The notes beneath the pieces were generated by a model. That model saw only the letters and a program-made list of their open reading frames with translations, searched no databases and had not been told where the DNA came from. From positions 1 through 64,000 of the forward strand of contig MU054391.1 of assembly GCA_013239625.1 (NCBI GenBank): 64,000 bases of DNA, written 5' to 3'. The position numbers and the translations under genes are program-made. Origin of the DNA: Lama guanicoe (lineage: Eukaryota). Shown here piece after piece: positions 35,384 through 48,310 of the stretch; position 1 is the first letter of the stretch, and every line of letters starts with the position of its first letter.

Positions 35384-35649
35384 TTGACCTCACGGGCTTC
35401 TTCCCCGGGATCTGGTTTCTGCTTGGTAAGTATGTACACTCACAGCGCCTCACTTAAGGTGGAGAACTTTGTTGCTCGGCACCAAACTGCCAGCTCTGAC
35501 TCATCAGGTTCCAATAACACAGTTTTAATTCTTTCCCTGAAATACCGCTCACGCCATGGCATTAGGGGCACAAATATTAAGGAGGGCGAGAAAGAATTAA
35601 AAAGCAGGACTGACTCTCTCTTGCTCTGAAAATAGGTGTCGAGAACGGC

Positions 35650-35790
35650 GTGGTTAAAGGTGCTGTCCTGGAGCCAGGCCACTGAATGTTTCCTTATCTC
35701 AGTTTCCGTAAATGAAAGCTAAGGATAATAACAGCACCTGCTTACAGGGTGGTCGGGAAGACAAAGTGAGATCTTGCCTGCGCGTCTCTT
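35650..35790 (+). mobile_element. MIR fragment
   Basis: ctcagtttccgtaaatgaaag...gataataacagcacctgcttacagggtggt. Confidence 0.65.
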
Positions 35791-37844
35791 GGCCTGGCTT
35801 CTGTATCATAGTCAGTCTACTGCAGCCAGGTCCCTAGCTTTATCACAGCTGTCTCCATCGGTCTTTTACCTGGGTAATGGTTCCTACATTAAGTAAAAAC
35901 CAGATATCTGGGCACTTAACTATACAAATCTTATTACCATGTCTCATTTAGTACTGAGAGTTAAGTGTTCTCATAACTAAACTATCAGTCACATACTTGC
36001 CATGTAAATTTTACTGACACTTTTTAGGAAATTTTAATGCAAAACTCCCCCTAATTGTTAATATGATTTCTTTGTGGTTGGAAACGCTGGGCAGCTTGTG
36101 CTGCACATCATGGCTGATCAGTAGTTCAAGTAAACATTAGTGAGTCCCAAAGGAAAAGGAAACCAACTAAAAAAAATGCTATGTTCAGTTCTCTTAATCT
36201 AGCATTTTGTTTCTGCAGAAGACTTTTCTGTTACTGTTTTCCTCTGATCCTTGTGCTAATGCAGCAGTGTAACAAGTGGGAAATGAGTGACATAACCATA
36301 AACTATATATTGTTTAACTTCCTTTGCAAAGTATTTGCATAATGCTGACGTTTTTACAGTCTTACTAAGTTAGTGACTTGAACCACCTGGCTGTGATTTC
36401 TTAGGAAAACCTCTGTCAGCTTTTTGTTTGGGGATCTGATTGGGAATATAACATTTTAAGAAGTTTTGTTTTCTTTTTGTAAGAGAGTGTCCACAGAGGA
36501 ATAGTATAAACTTTTCAAGGTAAAGGTTACTTATGAGCTGACAAAAGCCAATGCTGACTGTGCCAGTATGTTACATTGACAGAAATTCTTAAAATTAGGG
36601 AAAATGGAAGAGGCTGTGTTTGTTTGAAAAGCTGGTTATACACACATGTAATTGGTGTGTACTCTAAAGCAATGATTTACAGGTTGTCAGCTTCTCCAAA
36701 TACTGAGAGACTCTCCATCCTTATTTCACCTTGACTGAAGGCTTAGTTTAGAACTGCTAAGAAATTAGCAAAATTGATAATGTTTTATGGTTTCCTGAAA
36801 GCAAGCCAAAGGTGATACAAAAATCAGTACCACCTAATAAGGCAGGACCAAAATTTTAAAGGTACTTCACTGATATTACTCATTTATCATTTCTACATTA
36901 ACCCAAAGGATCCAATAAGACCTAAACACATACACACAAAAAACCCCTCAGATATGGGGATGTTTCCAAACTGTTAACTGTTTATATTTATATAGACAAA
37001 ACATCTGTACTCTGACTAAAAAAGCTTTCCAACTTTGTATTTGTGTTAGGTGAACAGTAGTTTTTGAAGTCCCAGGACTGAAAATAGCTTATCCTTTAGA
37101 CCTGGTTGAAAGAGACACTGCACTGTAAAATGTCCCAGGAACAAAAATAAAATTCAGTTGATCCTAACATTTTACTAAACTTCGTTTCTCTTTAAAAAAA
37201 AATCCATAATATAGGATGAATAAAATAAGCAATATGTAAAACAGTATGTCTAGTTTCATCTCCTTTTTGACAAAGGTCTCTCCCTATACTCATACCCATA
37301 TGTTAATTCTGTGAGCTTGTGAACCAAATTTGGAATGTTTGTTCCATGGGGTGGTATAATATGGGATACACATTTGTATGTTTCTTTGTCTTGAGGATTT
37401 CTTTTCCAGTTTGGGAATCTTGGCTAAATTGTGGGCTGGTGTTTCCCTGCACGATGCATGTAATTCATTTGGTCCTGACTGGGAACCAAAGTTGGGAGTC
37501 AAAGGCCCCTCAATTCTGTGTTTGCTGTTTGTGTCTTGCTACCTAATCTTGGGGCCCTGTGACCTAGTCAGTGATTTAAACCTCCTCACTTGCTTATAAG
37601 CCTTTATGAGTCAGGTCTAACAGGTTTAACACAACACTGACTCCCCTGAGTGAAAGATTAGATATTATCTGATACAAATTACTTTGATTGGGCCGATAAT
37701 ACTCAAGAACTACATTTTCCTCTTAAATTTGTCGTATTTTCATCCTGATAAACTTGGAAAACAAAGAGGAAACAATTATAAGATAAATTTAAGGTACAGT
37801 ACACCAAATAAAAATGTTAAAATGTGTTAATATTGATGGTAATT

Positions 37845-38050
37845 AACTTACCATTTATTGAGCACTTACTGTGTGCAAGCTGGTTTACATACTTGTCTCA
37901 TTCAGTCTCACAACAATAATTTACTAGACATTGTATTTGTGGATTTGTAGGTAGGAAACAAACTCAGAGTGTCACTTACCTGAGGTTACAGAGCGCCACG
38001 AGGCAGGGTGGGGCTCCAAGCCCAAGTCTCCCGGGTGGCAGAGCTGATGC
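37845..38050 (-). mobile_element. MIR
   Basis: catttattgagcacttactgtgtgc...ctcattcagtctcacaac...gtcacttacctgaggttacagag. Confidence 0.8.
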
Positions 38051-39077
38051 CCCTTTCCCTGTGACACCATTTGCCCCAGCGTCTTGGTAGAATATGCAAA
38101 ATGAATTAAAATCAGGGAGAAGGTATTTTTTTCCAACTTGAACTCATTGTTGAGCATTATATCCAAAGTGAGTATGTTTTCTTTTTAAGAAGCCCTCTGG
38201 GGCTCCTTTCCTTCACTGCTGAGTCCAGAGGTGGCTGGACCAGCTTCAGGAGCCAGCAGGTACCCTGGGCCAGCCCACTCCTGTGAGTTCCCAGCTACTG
38301 CCAGACTGCCTGGCTCACTTTTTCAGTTTTGATGTTAGAACAACTGATATTCTCCAGGGCATCGCGAATTATAGCATAAATCAATTTTTTATTTTTCAGA
38401 CAGCTTTTAAACTTTAACTTTCTAATAGACACCAAGAAAAATATAACTTTTTATACTACAAAATGTGGTACATTGTGCCAACCAAAAACTGTCCTGTTTT
38501 CAAGGAAAGAAAGTAGGTTAGAATTAAGATCAGCATCAACTTGGGCTGGATTAGAATTATATTTGTTGAGTAAGTGAAATGAAGTATTAAACATATTCTT
38601 TACCATTTTATTGAATAGAAAGGTAATAAAATTTGGTCAGCAAATATTTTTCACTTTTGAGCTATCAGTAAGACAACCAAAATCAGAATTAAGAATATAC
38701 CAGAACTTGAGCTGCCCTTTCCTCATGTGAGTCAGTAAACAATTCTAGTTTCTACTTGTATCTGCTTTCAGGCATTTGCTAAGTTGGTAGCGAGGCTTAG
38801 GGCTCACCATGTTAGAGTATGGCCTGGTGTCTCCATGTGAGAACAGTGAGTACCCACTGGCCTCCTTTCCAGAGAGATAATTAAAATAAAAGGCTGCATC
38901 AAATCACATTTAATACAACGTGGACGGAATGCATTTTGACTATTAGAAAAGTACAGCAGCTCCACTAGGGCAGAATCCTGAAGCTGAAGTCTGAGAAGAA
39001 ACAAGTAGGCACAGAAATACTATTTTCAAGAATATCAGCCTCAACCCCCCCACACACACACTGCTGACAGGAACTCA

Positions 39078-39536
39078 GAGTGGTGCAGCCATGGTGGAGA
39101 ACAGAATGGAGATTCCTCAAAAGACAAAAAATAGACTTATCTTATGACCCAGCAATCCCACTCCTGGGAGAAGAACCTTAATTCAAAAAGACTCTTGCAC
39201 TCCAGTGTTCATAGTAGCACTATTTACAATAGCCAATATGTGGAAACAACCTAAATGTCCATCAACAGATGATTGGATAAAGAAGCTGTGGTATATTTAT
39301 ACAATGGAATACTACTCAGCCATAAAAAGAATAAAATCATGCCATTTGCAGCAACATGGATGAATCTGGAGATTGTCATTCTAAGTGAAGTAAGCCAGAA
39401 AGAGAAAGAAAAATACCATATGAGATTTCTTATATGTGGAATCTAAAAAAATTTAAAAAGAAGACACTAATGAACTCATCTACAAAACAGAAACAGACTC
39501 ACAGGCATAGTAAACAATTTTATGGTTACCAGGGGA
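39078..39536 (+). mobile_element. Camelid-type L1 3' region
   Basis: atgacccagcaatcccactcctggg, tggaaacaacctaaatgtccatcaacagatgattggataaagaag, ctaagtgaagtaagccagaaagagaaag. Confidence 0.92.
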
Positions 39537-40400
39537 AAGTGTTCCAGTTTCTCCACATCCTTGCCAACACTTGTTTTCTGGGGTTTTTTTTTTAATAGTA
39601 GCCATCCTAAGGCATGTAATATTTCATTGTGATTTTGATTTGCATTTCCCCAGTGATTAGTGATGTTGGGCATTTAAATATCTATTTAAGTCCTCTGTCC
39701 ATTTTAGGAGTTCATTTTTTTTTAACATTTTTTAGTGATTTATAATCATTTTACAATGTTGTGTCAAATTCCAGTGTTCAGCACAATTTTTCAGTCATTC
39801 ATGGACATATACACACTCATTGTCACAATTTTTTCTCTGTGAGTTATCATAACATTTTGTGTATATTTCCCTGTGCTATACAGTGTAATCTTGTTTATCT
39901 ATTCTACAATTTTAAAATCCCAGTCTATCCCTTCCCACCCTCCACCCCCCTGGTAACCACAAGTCTGTATTCTCTGTCTGTGAGTCTATTTCTGTCCTGT
40001 ATTTATGCTTTGTTTTTGTTTGCTTGTTTGTTTTTGTTTTTGTTTTTTAGATTCCACATATGAGCGATCTCATATGGTATTTTTCTTCCTCTTTCTGGGA
40101 GGAGTTCTTTATATATGTCAAGATATTAGTCCTTTATTAGATGTGTGACTTGCAAGCATCTTTGCCATCATGGGGGCTGCCTTTTTACTCTGTTGATATT
40201 GTCTCTTGATGTACAAAATTTAAAAATTTTCGTGAAGTCCAGTTTATCTGCTTTCCTTTGGTTGCCTGTGCCTTTGGTGTCTAAGAAATCATTGCCAAAT
40301 CCAGGGTCATTAAGATTCTGTCCTATTTTCTTCACAGGATTTTATAGTCTTAGATTTTACATTTAGGTTTTTGAGTCATTTGAGATAACATTGGTATATG
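39537..40400 (-). mobile_element. Older L1 fragment carrying a younger 5'-truncated L1 (~39714-40099)
   Basis: ttgatttgcatttccccagtgattagtgatgttg; young insert begins with poly-T and is flanked by aggagttc at ~39706 and ~40100. Confidence 0.8.
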
Positions 40401-40420
40401 GTGTTTCTTCACTAATTTTT

Positions 40421-40559
40421 TCCCCCATCGTTTTTTTTTCTTTTTTGTGCTGTATTTTAATACGTTCTCTCTTTTTTTTAATGGAGGTACTGGGGATTGA
40501 ACCCAGGGCCTCGTGCATGCTGAGCACACACTCTGCCACTGAGCTATACTCGCCCCTCC
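40421..40559 (-). mobile_element. tRNA-Ala-derived camelid SINE (vic-1 type) with 14-bp TSD
   Basis: Minus strand tatagctcagtggcagagtgtgtgctcagcatgcacgaggccctgggttcaatccccagtacctcca plus A-rich tail (A and B boxes); TSD cttcactaattttt at 40407-40420 and 40560-40573. Confidence 0.92.
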
Positions 40560-40749
40560 CTTCACTAATTTTTAAAAATTAAGTTTTGCTAATCTGCAGT
40601 GGAGAAGTGTGATGAGCATATACTTTGCTTATTCATGTTTTTAACTCCAAGTATTTAAAATAGGAAGATTTGGCCAAATGCAGATTATAATTTTGAACTT
40701 TTTTATTTGACATAAAAAAGAATACTTTAACCACCATAAACAATTCTTC

Positions 40750-41185
40750 CAAAAGAGGAGAATAAAAGTGGCACTGCCACTTTAGAAGAGTTTGGCACTT
40801 CCTTAAAAAGCTGCATTAGTCTCATCACACAGCTCGCCATTGTGCTCACGTTTAACCAATTGAGTTGAAAAGCCATGTCCACACAAAAACCTGCACGCAA
40901 AGGTTTAAAAAAGCTTTATTTGTAATTTCCAAAAACTGGAAGAAACCAAGATATCCTTCAGTAGGACAAACAAGGTATAATGGATAAACACCTATACAAC
41001 AGAATATTATTCAGGGATATAATAAGCTATCAAGTAATGAAAAGATACGAAGTAACCTAAAATGCATATTACTCAGTGAAAAGAGCTAACCTGAAAAGGC
41101 TATGTCCTGTGTGATTCCAAGCATATGACATTCTGGAAAAGACAAAACTATGGAGACAGTACAATGATTAGTGGTTTCTAGGGGA
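40750..41185 (+). mobile_element. L1MC1-like 3' fragment
   Basis: atgtccacacaaaaacctgcac, aaatgcatattactcagtgaaa, tgacattctggaaaagacaaaactatggagacagt. Confidence 0.85.
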
Positions 41186-41617
41186 AACCACTAATAATAA
41201 AATAAAATTATTTTATTATTATATTATTATTAATATTAATTAATTAATATTAATTAATTAATATATTATTATTAATAAAATAACAAAATAAAAATTGTCT
41301 ACAACTCCTGTTCAGTGGCAAACCTGTGCATATAGATGGCAGGGACTATAGTCCATGGTCTACAGGAACAGATTAATTTAATTGGCAATATTCAATTATT
41401 TTATTGATGCTAAATTTTATAACTCTCATGGGCATGAGTTCATACTTTTTTATTACAATTTTAAATGTCCAATGCCATTGACTGAATATTAGAAATATTG
41501 CTAATTCACAACTTTTTTCTTGTGTTTTGCATATACCAGGAAAGAATAAAGCATTTACTTTTCCATTCTCCATCTCATTTCTTGAATGCCAAGACATTCT
41601 GTAGATTAGGGCCCTTT

Positions 41618-41620
<3 letters not shown>

Positions 41621-41664
<44 letters not shown>
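41621..41664. repeat. (AC)22 microsatellite
   Basis: Perfect dinucleotide run. Confidence 0.98.
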
Positions 41665-41666
<2 letters not shown>

Positions 41667-44149
41667 GCTGGGGGCGGGTGGTTAAGGGAGAAATAAAGAA
41701 TTTGCTGGGAGGACTCTCACCACAGTGTCTACTGGGGAGGGAGGAGGAATGAGATCCCCCCAGGTGTTCTCGGGTGTCACAGAGTCTGGAGCGCTGGTGC
41801 AGAAAAAGACGGTGAATCTCTGAGAGCTGCAATTTTCCACATCCTGGTGGATGGGGGCATCTGCTGGAAACAATCTGACTTATAAAAAGAGAGAAATACG
41901 ATCCTCATGCATCTCAACACTGTGGGATAGTTAATGACTATAACCTGGGTGTTCCTGAGTCTGAGACCCTTCCAATGAACATTCACCACCAGTGAACCCA
42001 TACCTTTTCAGTGACCAGAAACCTCACTGAAGTAAGTGCAGCACATCGACTGGAAGATGCATTTTGACTTCAGAAATATTAAAGCATGGAAAAGCGTGCC
42101 AAGAATGGAGGACATACAATGCTTGGACTATTTAGATGGACTTTAAATACAAAATGTGCAGGTTATGGATCTCCTTGGAGTTCCCACTACACACTTTGAA
42201 AACTACTGGGTCTCATGAAATCAAAGGTATCCAGCCTCTCAAGTGTCACTGACTGAATCAGACAATTTGCTCTGTCCGGGAGCCTATTTCCCGGGAGGTG
42301 GGGGATTCTGACAAGGGGCTGGACCTGGAGGGGAGCCCCTCAACATGGACCTTGGCCACCAGGGGGCTCTACAGGACTGTGGGTACAGAGCCCCAGATGC
42401 AGGGGACTAAATTCTGAGCCTGGATGGTGGCCATGCAGACTTTTGCCAAGTCTACCTGCACACATACAGCAACAAAGGGTAAGGGACAAGGTGTGTGCTG
42501 ACCTCGGGCTGACACTCATGGTCAGTCAGCCTTGGCAGAGAGGTTCACACAGAGGGGTGCCATGTGGGGTAAGAGAAAGGATGCTCAAAGACAAAATACA
42601 AGGTCAGGTGCTGATTTCAACCCACCCGCCCCAGTTTCCATCTCTGCAAAAGGGTCACAGTGATAGTCACACTCTGTCCTTGTTTTCCTCTAAAAAATTC
42701 CCCTTCCTTCTCAGCCCCGAGCTGAAAGTTCAATGGAAATAATATGATACACATCAGGTCATTTTCTTTTATACAAAAATTTCAAGAAAACCAATAAAGA
42801 CATTAGAATTTCCAAATTGCATGCTTTTTTCAAAGTGCAATATCTTTATATGTAGAAAAATGTACATAGAGAAAAAAATCAGTCTTTTATTTGTCTCAAA
42901 TAAAGATTTAATGATACCCTAAGTGCTGCATTAAAGAGTAGTTAAGTCATTTCTTCCAAGAAAACATTATATCAAAATTTGATCTGCACTTTTTGAGCGT
43001 AAATAATACCACACAAACCTGGCATAATATATTTAAAACAAAGCAAAAGCTAAATACTTAGCTATTCCCTCACCACCACTTTCAGGAAACACAGTAAGTT
43101 GGTGCCTTATAAGATGTTCAAATTGTCCCAAAGTTTGCATTACTGTATATTGTTAAAAACTTTTCTCAAGATTTGCTATTAGTTAGAGGAAAAAGCCTTC
43201 CCCATTAAGGATGATAGACCAAGTTCTCCCTCATGATATCCTTTCCTTTTGAGAAAGTGTTGTTACTACAGCTAATCCATCGCAGACTGGGGCAGTGATC
43301 AGAAGGTGAAACATGACGTGGTAACTCACAGAGCAAAGGAGACCACAGTCGTAGAACCTCCTGGGGGCACGTGTATGGAGCTATGGACACTGAGGGGCAC
43401 TGACACAGACATCCGAACACAGAGGCTTAATTAAAACCTGTACTTGGGACGGTGGACTCTCAGACCCACCTCGTCTAGCTCCACACCATGCTCCCTGCTA
43501 CCAGTGAGGGGCACCAGCAACCATGTGTCCCCCTTCTGAGAGGAGAGGAGGGGTTTTTCTCCAGAAAAAGGAATGTCTTGTTTGTTCTTTAAACAACCCT
43601 GTAATTGTAATTAATACAACTAAATATTTTAACTGCTGAGAAATCCAAGACCAAATAAGTGAAGCTGCCTTCTGGGCAAGGAATTAGTAGAGACAGAACC
43701 AGAAGTCAGGCTGACTGACTCCATGTCTTCTGTGTTCATGACTCAAAAGAACTGGCGAAGATGAGACCCTGGGGTGGACGTGAGTCAGAGGCAGTGGGGA
43801 AAGACCTGAGTCAAGGATGATATGTAAATAGAGGTAAAAGCAGGAAGCCTTAACCTCAAGAACATGTGTCCACAGAATCAGAACTCGCATGAACTCGTGT
43901 AACCAGAGAGCATCATGTTGACAGCAGACTCCTGAATGGACCCAGGGGACGACGCTTCAGGATACTGATTCCAAAAAGGATAAACCTGACATATTCCAGA
44001 TGCGAAGCAATTAAACCCTCATTCGAAGGAAAGACCCAGATAACTGTACAAATATCCATCTTAAGAAATTAAAATGAATTTATTCCCACATAAAAATATA
44101 AGAAAGACTGACTCTTGTCAGATGTCTGGAGACTAAATTAGCAAGTGTG

Positions 44150-44392
44150 CCCTCTATGCATGCACACACATGCAGAGACATGCACATGGACACATACATG
44201 GAAACATATACACACGCATGCACACATGGGCATGTGTACAAGTGTGGACACATGCACACACAGACATGCATGCCATGCATACACATGCACACACAAGTGC
44301 ACTGTGCACATGGATTATGGTCATATGTACATTGTTCCCACATGAGTACATACTACATATCAGGTGTTCATGCACACGTGTGCACATGTCCA
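44150..44392. repeat. Alternating purine-pyrimidine low-complexity tract (CATG/CACA)
   Basis: atgcacacacatgcagagacatgcacatggacacatacatgg...; source of spurious His/Cys/Met-rich ORFs. Confidence 0.85.
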
Positions 44393-46299
44393 AGTGAAGC
44401 ACAGACAAGTTACCTAGGTGGCTGGGGGAACCATTGGCAGGGGATGGTTGTCTGCAAGCAAATTTTCATCTTGCCTAGGACTGAACCCACTCACGCACTG
44501 GCCACGAGCCTGCTGTATTCAACTCAGCTCCCTTCAGAATGAAGAGATGCCTCTGTGAGTCATTAGAATTGATTTCCTTTTCATTTTCTCACAAGCCTCT
44601 AGAAGAAGGGACCAGCTGTGTGGGAGAGAATGAAAACGTGCACAGGGGCTGGGAGGAGACGGTGCCTGGAGAGGAACTTCCAGTACATCTTAGTCCCAAT
44701 CATTTATACATATTCATGGGTATTAAGGACGTTTCTGAAAACCAGAAAACACAACTGAGTCACAGCTTCACGTGGTGAGCATTTTGCTGCAGCCACAGAG
44801 GAGCAGCGAGATGACAGATCTGACCACAGTTCTGGTGTTCCATTGAGACATCAGCATCCCACCCATTTATGCAGCACTACTGCTGGTTACACAAGTGCCC
44901 CTGTGCCCTGCAAACCTCCACTCACAGGAAAGACTCACCCCACGAGGAAGACCAGAGCCTCACATGCGGTACCTCCAGTAAACACCGGCCTCACGCCATT
45001 CCCCACGCCGAAGGCTGGGGACCAAAAATGCCAATTCTGCATCACCATGGCTGACGCAGCACCTCCTAGGACTGGGGGAAGTCACCACCGGGAGTGGTCT
45101 GGTGTGTTGCTTCTCCCATGTCACACCATGGGTGTCACAGAGCTGTGCCCCTGCCGGCTCTCCCCAGACTTCTCATTACATGTGAATACAGGCCTCTTGG
45201 ATCTCTCAAATGATCTGTTTTGGAAAAATGTAAAAATAAAACAAGTTGGAATTCTGTGATTCCAAGAAAAAACATTCAGTTTAGCAGAGAGCCCTTGTGA
45301 CCTGGGACGAGGTGGGTTATCAAAGTCGGTGATTTCAAATGCACTTGACATTCCCAACTTGAATATAAAGAACAGGATGAGTTCTTTGCTCTTCTTCTTC
45401 TCAACCTTGAGAACATCAGCAAGTGACCTAAATCCTGAGGCTACCTAGTTCCTCCTTCAGGGAAAAGGAGGTGCCATGGCCCGGGGTTCCAGATCCTGGG
45501 AGGATGGGTCCGAGCGAAGGTCACAGGCACACTGACCAGATGTCCTGGGGTCAGTGCTGCTTCCTGCACGCACGTCTGTGTGGCACCAGCCTTCATTCAG
45601 AAATGTGTTTACACTTCATACAATTTTGCTAGATTTTGTTATGTAAGTTTTATATACTGAAATGTTGAGTAAAATGTTCACCAGTCTAGTTTGTAATATG
45701 TGTAATAAAACTGTCATACAATTAATTTCTTTTTTTAAAGCAAGCTTCTTATACAAATTGCTTATGGAAATTTTATTTGGAATTGAAGGACATGCGTGAG
45801 GGTTAGTGTCATGTAAATAAAATTCTCAAACATGCTAGGGTCCCTCTTTGGGGTGTTGCAGTCCTATAAGCCATGATCCAGCCAAGTTTCATCAGCTTTT
45901 GGTAAAACAAAGCCTTCTTGCACTGAGAGCTCAAATGTCTCGGCTCTGCCAGATGACATTCTCATTTCTGAGTCATAAATTCCTCAATGCCCCATTTTAC
46001 AGGAAAAAGACCACCTTTAACTTTGGAGCCGTGCTCTGGCAAAGGCCTCAGATATCTCTGTTGCAATGAAAGTTGCAGAAAGGCTCTCTTGCTAGAGGGC
46101 TCTGGTTCAGAGAAGAAAGCTGTGGAGAACCGTGTTCGCTCCAGGCCCTGAGCTCGCTGCGTCTGGGAACAGAGTGTGTCCATCCGGAAGAAACTGGACT
46201 CGAGTGGAAAGTGGAAAAGCTCTGGGTTCCAGAGCTTGGACATTTTTGCGCTTCAATGTTCTTTCAGTTGAAGCAGAATTAACAATATCTATGTCATAG

Positions 46300-46900
46300 G
46301 GCCGATGTGTGGACGACACGTGCGGCCTGCTGAGGGCCTGGAGCCACGTTTGAACCGGGAAGAGGAGTCAGGGCCCCGACTCACTCCCCCAGGCGCCGCG
46401 CAGGCGCAGGCGAGGCGGCAGAGGCAGAAGGCACCGCCCGCCCAGCGGGAGCGCGAGCCCGGAGGGCGGGAGGAGCCACGCGGCTGCAGGAACGCGGGGC
46501 TCAGAGCCCCACCAATCGGGGCGTCTCGTCACCCTCCGTTCCCGTGCTTCCCCAGGAAAGCGGACCACCTGTGCGCAGTTCACCCCAGTGCGGCTGTCTG
46601 GAAGCCTGCCTCCTCTCCTCTCCGGCCCAGGAGCAAGTTGCAAGCTCAGGATTTCTGCAGAGGCTCTCACAGTCGGGGGATAAGGGAAGGGGTCTGTGGG
46701 CACACCGGGCACCCATCACCGTCTCAGGGGTGCAGTGTGTCAGGGGGCTGAGTCCCTGGCGCCCGCAGTGCCCACGCCCAATGGGAGACGTGCCGGCCCA
46801 AAGCTCCCCGATTCCGGGCGCGGCGCGTCCCTCCTCCTCGCACAGCGACACGCTGGTCTTCAAGCGCGTGGACCACGTGAACTACAGAGCGACCTCCTGA
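46300..46900. promoter_or_regulatory. CpG island
   Basis: About 600 bp, very GC-rich with dense CpG (ggcgccgcgcaggcgcaggcg, ccgggcgcggcgcg); CCAAT at ~46512 and ~46778; E-boxes cacgtg at 46317 and 46874. Confidence 0.8.
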
Positions 46901-47259
46901 GGGTGGGGTGGGGTGAGGGGGCAGCGAGGAAGCCTATGTAATTCACTTGTTTAAAATCTACTTTGCAGATTTACAGGAAAACAAGCAGGATGCTGTCTCT
47001 TGCAAAGAAATGTGCGAATTATTCCATTATTTCCGAATACTCACTGCTTTTCACTGTGGAATAGAAACTATTACAGTTATGATTCATATTCCAATTCCTC
47101 TAGAAACCTGACTGTGAACTATTCTAAGGGAAATTAATATTCCGGCTAAATAATTCACCAGTAGAAATATGTATCTAGTATAAAAATTTGAAAGTATTAT
47201 TTGCTTCAGTTTTTGTTGCTTTTTGCAGCATAAAGCACACAGAATAAAACTGACTTGGG

Positions 47260-47790
47260 AGGATGTGTTGTGGCATTCAGCCCCAGAACAGTTATGTAAC
47301 TTTCACTGGACGTTCTCTAGAGATGGGCAGTAGGGTTGATGAACTCTCCCTTGGGGCCATCATCCCTCACAGTGGGACCCAGGGATCCTGTCTCCTGGCA
47401 CTCAGGCCTTTGTGCAAACTCCTCAGGGCAGGGTGGTCTGCCCTCGTGACCCACTGCTGTTAAGTGGGCCATGGAGGAAGTGACTAGCTGCTGCTTCAGA
47501 AAGACTCTGGGCTCCTCTGGCCCTACTCCCTTGCTCTCACTTGTGCTGCTCTGCTGGAGACCTACTGTCACACTGTGCGTAGCCCTTTGGAGGCCCCCAG
47601 TCCAACAGCCTGAGGGGAACTGACCCCTGGTGATGCCCAAGAGCGAGTGCAGAGCAGAGGCTGCCCAGCCAGGCCTCAGATGAGAGCACAGCCTTGCCTG
47701 ATGGTCTGAGTGCAGAAGCACTGGGCTGTGTCACACCCAGACTTAGTCCAGTAAGTCTTGGGGTACTTTGTTACATTGCACCAGACAAGC
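47260..47790 (+). mobile_element. Old MaLR (MLT1-type) LTR
   Basis: 3' end agtaagtcttggggtactttgttacattgca resembles MLT1 termini; interior heavily diverged. Confidence 0.45.
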
Positions 47791-48139
47791 ATATTCCTCC
47801 ACCACAAATTCTTTTAGAAAGAAACATCCACCCAAGTATCTAGGGACAAAGTGGCCCACTGTCTCCACCTTACTCTCAGACGGTTCAGAGCACACAACAT
47901 AATGAACACATATGAAACATACAGAGATATGAGAAATGACAGCAAGTGCGGCAAAATGTACACAGCTACAGGAAAAGGGTCAACAGGAGCTCTTTGTAAC
48001 ATTCTCACAGTTATCTCAGCTTATATCAAAATAAAAAGTTACCCATAAGGTCAAAATAAAGGATCAGTTTAAGAAGAGAATAGTTAAAAATTATAAAAGC
48101 AGAGATTAACAAAACTGTGAGAATAAACAAAAATACAAA

Positions 48140-48310
48140 GTCAAAGTCCTCATCACAAGAAAAGAACATTTGTAACTATGCATGATGAATGGTAATTATA
48201 CCTCCTGTGGTGGTCAGTTCACAATGTGTACAAGTGTTCCATCATTACAGTGTACGCCTGAGACTAATACGTTATGTGTCAATTATACCTAAATACTAAG
48301 GATTTTAAGA
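48140..48310 (+). mobile_element. L1 3' terminus (L1MA9/L1_Art-like)
   Basis: cctcatcacaagaaaag...ttgtaactatg...gtacgcctgagactaatacgttatgtgtcaattatacct. Confidence 0.75.

Noticed and set aside
40480..40555. Functional tRNA-Ala gene (also ~63873-63950)
   Set aside because: A-rich tails, TSD and broken stems show these are SINE copies
42740..43420. Terminal exon plus 3'UTR of a minus-strand gene
   Set aside because: AT-rich with AATAAA, but no recognisable peptide or upstream exon chain; not supportable
44080..44542. His/Cys/Met-rich ORFs resembling metal-binding proteins
   Set aside because: Translation of a CA/TG low-complexity tract, open in several frames on both strands
45848..46319. 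Processed pseudogene
   Set aside because: Short ORFs with no recognisable homology, and no poly-A tail or TSD
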